Assembly (NCBI GenBank): GCA_046728055.1
Contig: JBKPDU010000020.1
Location: 1-48,191, forward strand
DNA: 48,191 nt
DNA from: Actinomycetota bacterium
Lineage (GTDB): Bacteria > Actinomycetota > UBA4738 > HRBIN12
Reading direction: 5' to 3'
Shown: positions 1 to 7,942 of the stretch, piece by piece
How positions within the stretch are numbered: the stretch's first letter is position 1
Layout of the letters: every line of letters begins with the position of its first letter
Notes under the pieces: generated by a model
Told to the model about the DNA's origin: nothing
The model's database searches: none
The model's input: only the letters and a program-made list of their open reading frames with translations
Translations under genes and position numbers: made by a program

Positions 1-186
1 TGTGCCGCATGTCACCCGCTCCTCCCCCGACAGGATCCGGAAATCCGCCGGGCTGGCGATTGATCACGCGGAACCCGCCGAGTAGTGTTCGCGTGCCGAG
101 CAGTTCCGACGGCCTCCCCCGCAGGACTCTCCCTCGCTTCCCCTTCGTTGGCTGCGGTGTTTCCCCACGAAGTCGATGGAGTGTGC

Positions 187-1272
187 ATGGAAGAAGTTGC
201 GCGGGTCGTCCTCGCCTTGGAGGAGCATGACGTGGCTGAGGAAGTCATGCACTTCCTCGACCGAACGGGACGGACCCGGGTGGTGGCGACCGCCTCGGAC
301 GAGCATCAGCTGTCCGAAGCGGTACGGCAGCTGGAACCCGATGCCGTCGTGGCCTCGCCTCGGCTCGCGAGCTCCGCGCAGCTGAACGGAAGTGCATTGC
401 TTGCGGTGGACACATCCGAGTCCGTGCAGAACCTTCGACGGGCCTTGAAGGCGGGAGCCAAGGGCTTCTTCTTGTGGCCGGCCGACCGTGGGGCGCTTGC
501 CCGAGCGGCCGCCCGCGTCTTTGCTCCCAGGACCAGGGAGCATGAGACCCTGGGGCGGGTCATCGCGGTCTACGGACCACGCGGGGGCGTGGGAGCGACG
601 TTCCTCGCCACTCACCTCGCGGCGAGCTTCGCGCGGCGGGAGCGACGATGCGTCCTGGTGGACCTGGATCTCAGCATGGCCGATATCGGGCCGGCGGTGG
701 GCGCTCCGATGGATGGCTCGCCCAGGACCATCGTCGACGCCGTTCCCATCGGTGAGGAGCTCACGGCGCGCCACCTCGACGACCTGCTGTGGCCACACCC
801 AGACGGGTTCCGCGTGCTGCTCGGCCCCGCGGACGTCCAGCCAATGAATCGGGTCGCGGCCATGGAGGTCGGTCCGGTCCTCGAGGCCGTTCGGTCGGCC
901 GCCGACATGGTGGTCCTGCACGTTCCTCGGGGGATGGACGACACCGTGAGGCTGGGGCTGGGCCTCGCGGATGTGGTGGTGATGGTGCTTGGGCTCGATG
1001 TGCTGTCGTTCCGTGCCGCCAAGCGCGTCGTCGACGCCTTGGGTCTCGACGATCGCTGTTCGTTCGTCGTCAACCGAGCGAGCAGGCGGGAGATCTCACC
1101 GCACGACGTCGAGCGGGTCTTCGGCCGCTCTCCGGACGCCGTTGTCCCCGTAGACCGGCGGGTATCCGCCGCCCAGGACCGCGGTCACCTGCTTCGCGCA
1201 CGAGGGGGAGCCGGCCGCTCGGTCGATCGGCTCGCCGCGAAGCTCGTTCGGCGGCTGGAGGAAGGATCCTGA
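187..1272 (+). CDS. CpaE/TadZ-like pilus-assembly protein (ParA/MinD-type P-loop ATPase with receiver-like N-terminal domain)
   Basis: ORF 85..1272. Deviant Walker A 'VYGPRGGVGATFLATHLA' followed by 'CVLVDLDL'. First gene of a cpaE-cpaF-tadB-tadC-flp-tadE block. First ATG is at 187; the GTG at 85 directly follows an in-frame stop, so the 5' end is uncertain. The stop TGA shares one base with the next ATG. Confidence 0.8.
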   Translation: MEEVARVVLALEEHDVAEEVMHFLDRTGRTRVVATASDEHQLSEAVRQLEPDAVVASPRLASSAQLNGSALLAVDTSESVQNLRRALKAGAKGFFLWPADRGALARAAARVFAPRTREHETLGRVIAVYGPRGGVGATFLATHLAASFARRERRCVLVDLDLSMADIGPAVGAPMDGSPRTIVDAVPIGEELTARHLDDLLWPHPDGFRVLLGPADVQPMNRVAAMEVGPVLEAVRSAADMVVLHVPRGMDDTVRLGLGLADVVVMVLGLDVLSFRAAKRVVDALGLDDRCSFVVNRASRREISPHDVERVFGRSPDAVVPVDRRVSAAQDRGHLLRARGGAGRSVDRLAAKLVRRLEEGS

Positions 1273-2570
1273 TGCGAACCGATGCGCTCCTCGAGGTTCG
1301 CCGCGGCCTGCACGAGCGGCTGCTGCGCCGAGTCGACGCTCGTGGACTCGAGGAGGTCTCGCGCACCGAGCGGCGCCTGCGTGTGCGAGAGGAGGCGCTC
1401 GCCATCCTCCGCGAGGAGCGCCACATCCTGCCACGGGGCGCGCTGACAAAGGTCATCAACGAGGTTTCGGATGCGGTCGTCGGGCTGGGACCCATCGAGT
1501 TCCTGCTCAAGGACCCGGACGTCACGGAAGTGATGGTGAACGGGCCTGACGACGTCTACGTGGAGCGGAAGGGGCGGCTCGAGAAGGTGACGGACGGTCT
1601 GTTTGAGGGGGAGGAGGCCGTCCTGCACGTGATCGAGAGGATCGTGGCCCCGCTCGGTCTCCGGGTCGATGAGTCATCACCTTGGGTGGATGCGCGACTC
1701 TCGGACGGCAGTCGGGTGCACGCGATCATCCCGCCCCTTTCGCTCTGCGGTCCCACCTTGAACATCCGGAAGTTCTCTCCCGTGCCCTTCACGCCACAGG
1801 AGCTCCTGGCCAGGGGAACGCTTGGACCACGGACGCTCGCGTTCCTGGAGGCCTGCGTTCGGGGCCGGGCCAACGTGATCGTCTCTGGCGGAACGAGCTC
1901 CGGCAAGACGACGCTGCTCGGCGTCCTGTCCACGTTCCTCCCCGACGAGGAACGACTGGTGACCATCGAGGATGCTGCGGAGCTCCGCCTGGCCAAGCCC
2001 CACGTCGTCTCCCTGGAAGCGCGTCCTCCGAACGTCGAGGGTAGGGGCGAGGTGACCGTGCGCGAGCTCGTGAGGAACGCCCTTCGAATGCGACCGGACC
2101 GGATCATCGTGGGTGAGGTTCGGGGGGGAGAGGCCATCGACATGCTCCAGGCTATGAACACCGGTCACGATGGATCGCTGTCGACGGCGCACGCGAACTC
2201 ACCACGGCATCTGCTCTGGCGGCTGGAGACCATGGCCATGATGTCGGACATCGGACTGCCGGTCGGCCACGTACGGGAGCAAGTCGCATCGGCCATCGAT
2301 GTGGTCGCGCACATGGCCCGATTGCCCAGCGGACGACGAGTGGTCCTTGAGGTGGCGACCGTCGACGGGATCCACGAGGGGCAGCCGGTCATCACGCCGG
2401 TGTTCGCATTCCGTCACCGGCTCGGTGCTCATGGCCTGTTCGAGTCGACCGGCGTCGTTCCCCAGCTGGCGCTCGAGCTTGCCGACGTCGGGGAGGACAT
2501 CCCCGATGGGCTGTTCGCCCCGGGGCCCGATGGAGACACGGTCGATGTAGGGAATGAGGGGGCTGGATGA
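1272..2570 (+). CDS. cpaF: CpaF/TadA family type II/IV secretion ATPase
   Basis: Walker A 'SGGTSSGKTTLLG', 'RPDRIIVGEVRGGEA' and His-box 'NTGHDGSLSTAHAN'. The ATG at 1272 gives 'MRTDALLEVRRGLHERLL'. The part of the listed ORF upstream of it (789..1271) is Arg/Pro-rich read-through overlapping cpaE. Confidence 0.93.
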   Translation: MRTDALLEVRRGLHERLLRRVDARGLEEVSRTERRLRVREEALAILREERHILPRGALTKVINEVSDAVVGLGPIEFLLKDPDVTEVMVNGPDDVYVERKGRLEKVTDGLFEGEEAVLHVIERIVAPLGLRVDESSPWVDARLSDGSRVHAIIPPLSLCGPTLNIRKFSPVPFTPQELLARGTLGPRTLAFLEACVRGRANVIVSGGTSSGKTTLLGVLSTFLPDEERLVTIEDAAELRLAKPHVVSLEARPPNVEGRGEVTVRELVRNALRMRPDRIIVGEVRGGEAIDMLQAMNTGHDGSLSTAHANSPRHLLWRLETMAMMSDIGLPVGHVREQVASAIDVVAHMARLPSGRRVVLEVATVDGIHEGQPVITPVFAFRHRLGAHGLFESTGVVPQLALELADVGEDIPDGLFAPGPDGDTVDVGNEGAG

Positions 2571-3400
2571 GGCCCGAGGTCACGGCCATGGTCATCGCGT
2601 CGCTGCCCGGCCTGTTCGCCGCGGCGGCTGCGGATCTGGTGGAGCGTGAGCGGGTCCGAGCGCGAGCGGGCGTGAGGCGTCGCGAACCGGGATCGGCGAC
2701 CGCTCGACGACTGATTCGCGCGTGGACCCTTCGATCGGTAGGTGCGTTGGCAGGCGTCGTCGTGGGTTCGTCGATGGCTGGCCTCCCGGGCGCTGCGATG
2801 GGAGCGATCGGGGCGATCGTGGTCCCGATCGTTCGGGCTCGACGGAAGCTGGATCGTCACGCCGAACGGATGCAGGAGCAGCTCGCCGAAGCAGTGTCGG
2901 TGATCGCCGCCGGCCTCCGGACCGGCCTGTCGTTGCTCCAAGCCATCTCGCTCGCGGCCGAGGACGTGGGAGGTCCATTGGGGGCCACGCTTCGCGAGCT
3001 CGCCGATCGTGTCTCGCTCGGGGTTCCGCTTCAACGATCCGTGGCGGGCTGGGTCGCCGAGGTCCGGGTTCCTGAGGCCAGACTGGTCGCGGGAGTGCTC
3101 GGCCTTCATCGCCGGACGGGCGGCGATCTTCCCCTCGTCCTCGATCGGCTCGCCCGCACCCTCCGAGATCGGCGGGCCGCCGCGCGCGAGGTCCGATCGC
3201 TGACCGCTCAGGCTCGGCTGTCCGGTGCGATCCTGGGCTTCCTGCCGATCGGCTTCTTCCTGTTCCTCTCGGTCACGGCGCGACGGGACATCGCCGCCGC
3301 GTATCACTCGCCGACGGGTGCCACCGCCATCGTGGCCGGCATGCTCATGCAAGGCACAGCGTTCCTGTGGATCCGGCGGCTGTTGCGGGTCGAAGGGTGA
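2567..3400 (+). CDS. TadB-like type II secretion system F-family inner-membrane protein
   Basis: Position directly after cpaF with an ATGA start/stop overlap. Hydrophobic N- and C-terminal segments flank a soluble GspF-like region ('LAEAVSVIAAGLRTGLSLLQAI'). Confidence 0.75.
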   Translation: MRPEVTAMVIASLPGLFAAAAADLVERERVRARAGVRRREPGSATARRLIRAWTLRSVGALAGVVVGSSMAGLPGAAMGAIGAIVVPIVRARRKLDRHAERMQEQLAEAVSVIAAGLRTGLSLLQAISLAAEDVGGPLGATLRELADRVSLGVPLQRSVAGWVAEVRVPEARLVAGVLGLHRRTGGDLPLVLDRLARTLRDRRAAAREVRSLTAQARLSGAILGFLPIGFFLFLSVTARRDIAAAYHSPTGATAIVAGMLMQGTAFLWIRRLLRVEG

Positions 3401-4242
3401 TGGAGGCTCATCTGGCCCCGGTGGTGGCCGCCGCTTCGGCCATGCTGGCCGTAGCGGCGGCGACCACGACCGTGAACCGAACGCTCGCTGCCCGGCTGGG
3501 TGCTCCGTCATCCGGTCGGTCGGGCGGGATGCTCCGGCGTGTGGCCGGTCGCATCGGCGCCGCTCGCCTCGGCCGGCGCCTCCCGGGCAGGGCCGCAACG
3601 GGTCAGCGGATCGCCGTTGCTCGGGCAGCGGTCACGCAGGACGAGGTGGCCGGGGCAAAGGTTCTCTCCGCAGGCCTCCTGGTGCTGGCGGCGCTGGCGG
3701 CGCCTTGGCCCGCCGCGCTTCTCGCTCCCGTCCTGGGCGGCAGCGGCCTCATGCTCCCCGACGTCTTGCTCGGTCGGCTCGCTCGCCGCCGGCTCGAGCG
3801 AGCCAACCGAGAGCTGCCGCAGTTCCTGGATCTGCTCGCCGCGGCCTCCTCGGCTGGGCTCTCGGGTCAGCTCGCGTTCCGCCGAGCGATCGAGTCCACG
3901 GAAGGTCCCCTGTCGGAGGAACTCTCCGATGTGGTCCGGTCCGTCGACCTGGGAGCCCGATGGCGCGACGAGCTCCGGAACGCCTCGGACCGGTTGCCTC
4001 TCCCGGACCTGCGGAGGGCCGCGGCCACGATGACCCGCGCCGAATCGCTCGGGTCGTCTCTGTCCGACGCTCTTTCGGAGCTGGCGACCGAGGTTCGCGA
4101 TGCGCGACGTTCGGCAGCGACCGAGCGAGCCCGGAAGGCGCCCGTGAAGATGCTCTTCCCTCTGGTGTTCCTGGTGCTCCCGGCGTTCCTCCTCCTCACG
4201 GTGGTGCCCGTCCTGATCAGCGCGTTGCGATCGATCCGCTGA
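3400..4242 (+). CDS. TadC-like type II secretion system F-family inner-membrane protein
   Basis: Second GspF-like protein ('LPQFLDLLAAASSAGLS', C-terminal TM 'LFPLVFLVLPAFLLLTVVPVLI'). The ATG at 3400 shares one base with the tadB stop; the listed ORF begins at 3367. Confidence 0.75.
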   Translation: MEAHLAPVVAAASAMLAVAAATTTVNRTLAARLGAPSSGRSGGMLRRVAGRIGAARLGRRLPGRAATGQRIAVARAAVTQDEVAGAKVLSAGLLVLAALAAPWPAALLAPVLGGSGLMLPDVLLGRLARRRLERANRELPQFLDLLAAASSAGLSGQLAFRRAIESTEGPLSEELSDVVRSVDLGARWRDELRNASDRLPLPDLRRAAATMTRAESLGSSLSDALSELATEVRDARRSAATERARKAPVKMLFPLVFLVLPAFLLLTVVPVLISALRSIR

Positions 4243-4257
4243 GGGGAGGTGAAGTTC

Positions 4258-4452
4258 ATGTTGCTTGCGCTCTACCTCCGCGTCCGAACGCGGATCGTGC
4301 GGGAGATGGGCCAGACCACGGCCGAGTACGCCTTGGTGATCCTGGCCGCTGCCGCGATCGCCGTCGTGCTGATCGCCTGGGCGCGCTCCTCGGGCAAGCT
4401 GCCGGCCTTCTTCGACAACATCATCGACCAGGTGGCGGGGAGTGCGCGGTAG
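4258..4452 (+). CDS. Flp-type pilin, actinobacterial DUF4244-like
   Basis: Small ORF with a basic leader, then 'G/QTTAEYALVILAAAAIAVVLI', matching the Flp processing motif G/xxxxEY plus a hydrophobic helix. GGAGG at 4245..4249 lies 8 nt before the ATG at 4258; an alternative GTG is at 4249. Confidence 0.7.
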   Translation: MLLALYLRVRTRIVREMGQTTAEYALVILAAAAIAVVLIAWARSSGKLPAFFDNIIDQVAGSAR

Positions 4453-4840
4453 CGGCTGGGGACGTCGGCTCGAACGGGGTTCCGCCGTCGTGGAGTTCGC
4501 GCTGGTCCTTCCAGTCCTGCTCCTGCTCTGCCTGGCCCTGATGCAGATCGGACTGCTCGCGCGCGATCAGCTGCTCGTGGTTCAGGCGGCACGGGCGGGA
4601 TCGCGACAAGCAGTGGTCGATCCAGAAGACGCCACGGTCCGGTCGGCCGCGCTCGAGGCCGCGCCGGGACTCGATCCCACGCGGGTTGAGGTCACGGTGG
4701 ATCGAGCCGGCGGCCTCGGCCAGCCGGTCATGGTGACCGTGGCCTACGAGGAGAGGGTCGCCGTGCCGTTGGCCGGGCTGTTCTTCCCTTCGGAGGTTCG
4801 ATTGGAAGCCTCCACGGCGATGCGCCAGGAGTTCTCGTGA
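4442..4840 (+). CDS. TadE-like pseudopilin / pilus assembly protein
   Basis: N-terminus 'ERGSAVVEFALVLPVLLLLCLALMQIGL' is typical of the TadE family. Located in the Tad locus. Confidence 0.75.
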   Translation: MRGSGWGRRLERGSAVVEFALVLPVLLLLCLALMQIGLLARDQLLVVQAARAGSRQAVVDPEDATVRSAALEAAPGLDPTRVEVTVDRAGGLGQPVMVTVAYEERVAVPLAGLFFPSEVRLEASTAMRQEFS

Positions 4841-5202
4841 CCCGGGAGACGGGTTCGGTCTCGATCGTCGTCGCTGCGCTCGCGGCAGCGATCCTGGTCC
4901 TCGGCTTGGGAGCGGCCGACCTGGCCCGGGCGCTCGTCGCCGTGTCGAGAGCTCAGTCCGCAGCCGACGCGGCGGCCCTGGCGGCCGCGCAGGAGCTCGC
5001 CCTGCCCTCGGGGCGCGAACCGACCGACGCGGCGTCGGAATACGCCGCCCGAAACGGCGCCGTGCTCATCGAGTGCCGTTGCGAGGTCGGGACCCTGGAA
5101 GCGACGGTGGAGGTACGCGTCTCCGTGGGGTACCTGTCGACCCTCGGAGACGAGCGGAGCGTCGACGCGCGGGCCCGCGCCGTCGTGGATCCCGGCTCCT
5201 GA
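4837..5202 (+). CDS. Rv3654c-family TadE-like protein
   Basis: 'ETGSVSIVVAALAAAILVLGLGAADLARALVAVSRAQSAADAAALAAAQE' resembles the actinobacterial helicase/secretion-neighbourhood TadE-like family (recalled from memory, not searched). GTGA overlap with the preceding gene. Confidence 0.65.
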   Translation: MTRETGSVSIVVAALAAAILVLGLGAADLARALVAVSRAQSAADAAALAAAQELALPSGREPTDAASEYAARNGAVLIECRCEVGTLEATVEVRVSVGYLSTLGDERSVDARARAVVDPGS

Positions 5203-5263
5203 CCGCCCTCGGGCAGGAGCCAGCGCCAGGGATCCTCGAATCCCCCACGTCGGGGGTCGGGCG

Positions 5264-5269
5264 TACAAT
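5264..5269 (+). promoter_or_regulatory. Candidate -10 hexamer TACAAT, 9 nt upstream of the DUF5318 start codon (possible leaderless mRNA)
   Basis: TACAAT at 5264..5269 and ATG at 5279, with no SD between them. Confidence 0.35.
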
Positions 5270-5278
5270 GCCCGCACC

Positions 5279-5674
5279 ATGCAGAACCCACGGCGGATGG
5301 CGAGGGGCCGGCGAGCTCTCCTGGGGGTCGTGGACTACACCCTGGCAAAGCGGGCGCTCCTCCGAGAGGTCCGGGTGGGCCTGCGTTCCAGGGCGGACAT
5401 CTGCGACGCGCACCCCGAGCTCATGCGAGCGGCCAAGCACGTGGGGGAGGAGACCCGTCGGGAGTGCCCCGTGTGCGGCAAATCCAAGCTCGTGCTTCTG
5501 GCCTACGTCTATGCCGATGGCCTCGGGGCGAACAACGGCCGGGTGTGGACCCTGGATCAGGGTCTGACCCTCGCCACCAGGCACCGCAACGCCTGGTGCT
5601 ACGTGGTGGAGGTGTGCCGCGACTGTGCCTGGAACCACCTGACCGAGGCTTTCGTGGCCCGCGAAGCCGGATAG
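5279..5674 (+). CDS. DUF5318-family conserved actinobacterial protein (Cys-rich, probably Zn-binding)
   Basis: 131 aa with 'CPVCG' ... 'CRDCAWNHL'. It lies immediately upstream of the class A PBP, as the conserved hypothetical next to ponA1 does in mycobacteria (recalled synteny). Confidence 0.75.
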   Translation: MQNPRRMARGRRALLGVVDYTLAKRALLREVRVGLRSRADICDAHPELMRAAKHVGEETRRECPVCGKSKLVLLAYVYADGLGANNGRVWTLDQGLTLATRHRNAWCYVVEVCRDCAWNHLTEAFVAREAG

Positions 5675-5747
5675 GCCGACCCGCCCGAAGGAGAAACCTC
5701 GAACCGAAACGTGGCGTCTACCTGGGGTGAGATGCACAGCCCCTGGG

Positions 5748-5753
5748 TAGAAT
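5748..5753 (+). promoter_or_regulatory. Candidate -10 hexamer TAGAAT, 9 nt upstream of the ponA TTG start (possible leaderless mRNA)
   Basis: TAGAAT at 5748..5753 and TTG at 5763, with no SD between them. Confidence 0.3.
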
Positions 5754-5762
5754 CGGCCCGGC

Positions 5763-7895
5763 TTGGCAGTCAAGACAGCGCCTAAGAAGGCTCCGAAGAG
5801 TCCCAAGCGCACCCCCCGGCAGCCCCCGAAGCAGCGAGGGTTCCTCCGCCGGTACTGGTGGGCCTTCGCCGCGGCGCCCTTCGTCCTGCTGTTCCTGCTG
5901 GTGGCAACCCTCCTGTTCGTGTATTCCAGGCTCGACCTGCCGGCCACCCCACCGCCGCTGCAAACCACCTACATCCTGGATCGCGAAGGCAACATCCTGG
6001 GGACGTTTCACGCTTCGGTGGACCGCACGATCATCCCGTTCGATCGTATGCCCGAAAGCCTCCGCGACGCGGTGATCGCCGCCGAGGACCAGGGGTTCTA
6101 CGAGCACTCGGGGATCGACCCGTTCGGGGTCGCGCGGGCGGCCTGGAACGACCTCATCGCTCACGAGGTGGTTCAGGGCGGGTCCACCATCACCATGCAG
6201 CTGGTGAAGAACGTCTATGCCGGCCACTACGAGACCGACCGCAAGACGGGCCAGACCACGTACGTCGTCCCGCCACGAACCTTGATCCAGAAGGTCCGGG
6301 AGGCGCTCTTCGCCATGAAGCTGGAGAGGAACTACTCCAAGGACCAGATCCTGGCCAAGTACCTGAACACGATCTACTTCGGGCACGGCGCCTACGGAGT
6401 GGAGGCGGCGGCCCAGGCGTACTGGGGCATCCACGCGAGCGAGCTCAACTTGATCCGTTCGGCCACCCTCGCAGGCCTGATCTCCCAACCCTCGTTGTTC
6501 GACCCGATCGATCACCCAGAAGACGCGAGGATCCGCAGGGACTACGTCCTGGACCGGATGGCGAAGCTCGGGATGATCACGACGGAACGCGCTGCTAACT
6601 TGAAGCTCCAGGACGTGAGGACCAATCCCTCCGACGGCAACCTCAGCTTCCCGCCCAAGCTCGGGTACTTCCTGGATTACACGAAGCGGACCCTGATCGC
6701 CGATTACAGCGAGGCCCAGGTGTTCGGCGGCGGCATGAAGGTCATCACCGGGCTTGACCCCCGGATGCAGGCGGCGGCGGAGGAGGCTGTCGCGGCCAGG
6801 CTGGACACTCCCGGCGACCCGGAGGCGGCCGTGGTTGCCATCGACCCGGCCACCGGCGAGGTCCGGGCCATGTACGGCGGCCGCAATTGGGAGAAGTCGC
6901 AGGTGAACCTGGCCACCGGTGACGGAGGGACAGGGAGGCAGGCCGGCTCGGCCTTCAAGCCGTTCACGCTGACCGCGGCCATGGAAGCCGGAGTCTCGCT
7001 GTCCTCCACCTGGTACGGCCCGTCGACCATCACCATCGACGATCCCCGGTGCTACACGGACGGCAAGCCATGGACCCTGTCCAATGCCAGCGACGAGGAG
7101 AGCGGCACGTTCAGCCTGGCCACCGCCACCGCGTATTCGGTGAACACGGTCTTCGCTCAGATCGCATCTCTGGTCGGCCCCGAGGCGATCGTCGACGTGG
7201 CCCACCGGATGGGGATCCGGTCCAAGCTCAAGCCGGTGTGCTCGATCACCCTCGGAACGGAGGCGGTCACGCCGCTCGACATGACCAACGCCTACGCCAC
7301 GCTGGCCGCGCGTGGCGTTCGGCGGTGGGCGACGCCGGTCCACGTCGTCAGGGACGCGAATGGCGAGGTCCTGGACCGGACGACGAGCGGCACGGGCAGG
7401 CGGGTCCTAGCCGCGAACGACGCGAACCTGGTGACCTCCGCGCTCCAGAACGTGATCCGATACGGAACCGGCACGAGCGCGAGCATCGGCCGGCCGGCGG
7501 CCGGCAAGACCGGCACCGCCCAGGACTACGTCGACGCGTGGTTCTGTGGTTACGTCCCCCGACTGGCCGCCTGCGTTTGGGTCGGATACCCGGAGAGCGA
7601 GAAACCGCTGGAGAACGTGGAGGGCTACTCGGCCGTGTACGGGGGGACCATCCCCGCCCTGATCTGGCATGACTTCATGCTTGAGGCCACCGAACGGTTC
7701 CCGGTCCAGGACTTCCCCGAGCCGTCGTTCTCCGGGAACACGATCCAGGCCCCAACGCCGCCGCCCTCCCCCACGGTGAGCCCCAAGCTGACGGTGTCGC
7801 CGACCCCATCCCCGAGGCCCTCCCGCTCACCGAGCCCGATACCCTCACCCAGCGTGTCGCTCCCGCCGAGCCCGACACCGACACCGACGCCGTAG
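5763..7895 (+). CDS. ponA: Class A penicillin-binding protein (bifunctional transglycosylase/transpeptidase)
   Basis: GT51 motifs 'AEDQGFYEHSGID' and 'GGSTITMQL'. Transpeptidase motifs 'SAFKP' (SxxK), 'SNA' (SxN) and 'KTGT'. Basic tail plus one N-terminal TM. TTG start. Pro/Ser/Thr-rich C-terminal tail. Confidence 0.92.
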   Translation: MAVKTAPKKAPKSPKRTPRQPPKQRGFLRRYWWAFAAAPFVLLFLLVATLLFVYSRLDLPATPPPLQTTYILDREGNILGTFHASVDRTIIPFDRMPESLRDAVIAAEDQGFYEHSGIDPFGVARAAWNDLIAHEVVQGGSTITMQLVKNVYAGHYETDRKTGQTTYVVPPRTLIQKVREALFAMKLERNYSKDQILAKYLNTIYFGHGAYGVEAAAQAYWGIHASELNLIRSATLAGLISQPSLFDPIDHPEDARIRRDYVLDRMAKLGMITTERAANLKLQDVRTNPSDGNLSFPPKLGYFLDYTKRTLIADYSEAQVFGGGMKVITGLDPRMQAAAEEAVAARLDTPGDPEAAVVAIDPATGEVRAMYGGRNWEKSQVNLATGDGGTGRQAGSAFKPFTLTAAMEAGVSLSSTWYGPSTITIDDPRCYTDGKPWTLSNASDEESGTFSLATATAYSVNTVFAQIASLVGPEAIVDVAHRMGIRSKLKPVCSITLGTEAVTPLDMTNAYATLAARGVRRWATPVHVVRDANGEVLDRTTSGTGRRVLAANDANLVTSALQNVIRYGTGTSASIGRPAAGKTGTAQDYVDAWFCGYVPRLAACVWVGYPESEKPLENVEGYSAVYGGTIPALIWHDFMLEATERFPVQDFPEPSFSGNTIQAPTPPPSPTVSPKLTVSPTPSPRPSRSPSPIPSPSVSLPPSPTPTPTP

Positions 7896-7942
7896 CCCGG
7901 CGCAGGTGTGGAGATCCGGCCGAGGGAGGAGGTGAACGAGGC

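Noticed and set aside
789-1271. 5' extensions of listed ORFs: 789..1271 before cpaF, 19337..20059 before trpD, 39912..40370 before the MFS gene, 45955..46119 before purC, 12046..13212 in the frame of the PIG-V-like gene, 14021..14431 before RR2, 25715..26071 before RR3.
   Set aside because: The extensions overlap the upstream gene or the tRNA and have low-complexity Arg/Pro-rich translations. The conserved protein N-termini begin at internal starts that form ATGA/GTGA overlaps with the preceding stop.
5718-7343. Long antisense ORFs opposite recognisable genes, e.g. 5718..7343(-), 33954..35861(-), 42560..44122(-), 45373..47106(-), 19511..20653(-), 31636..32820(-).
   Set aside because: They are Arg/Pro/Gly-rich with no recognisable motifs, and they lie fully inside genes with clear conserved signatures (PBP, ClpB, PurD, PurB/C, TrpD, DnaJ). 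This is the typical stop-codon-poor artefact of very GC-rich DNA.
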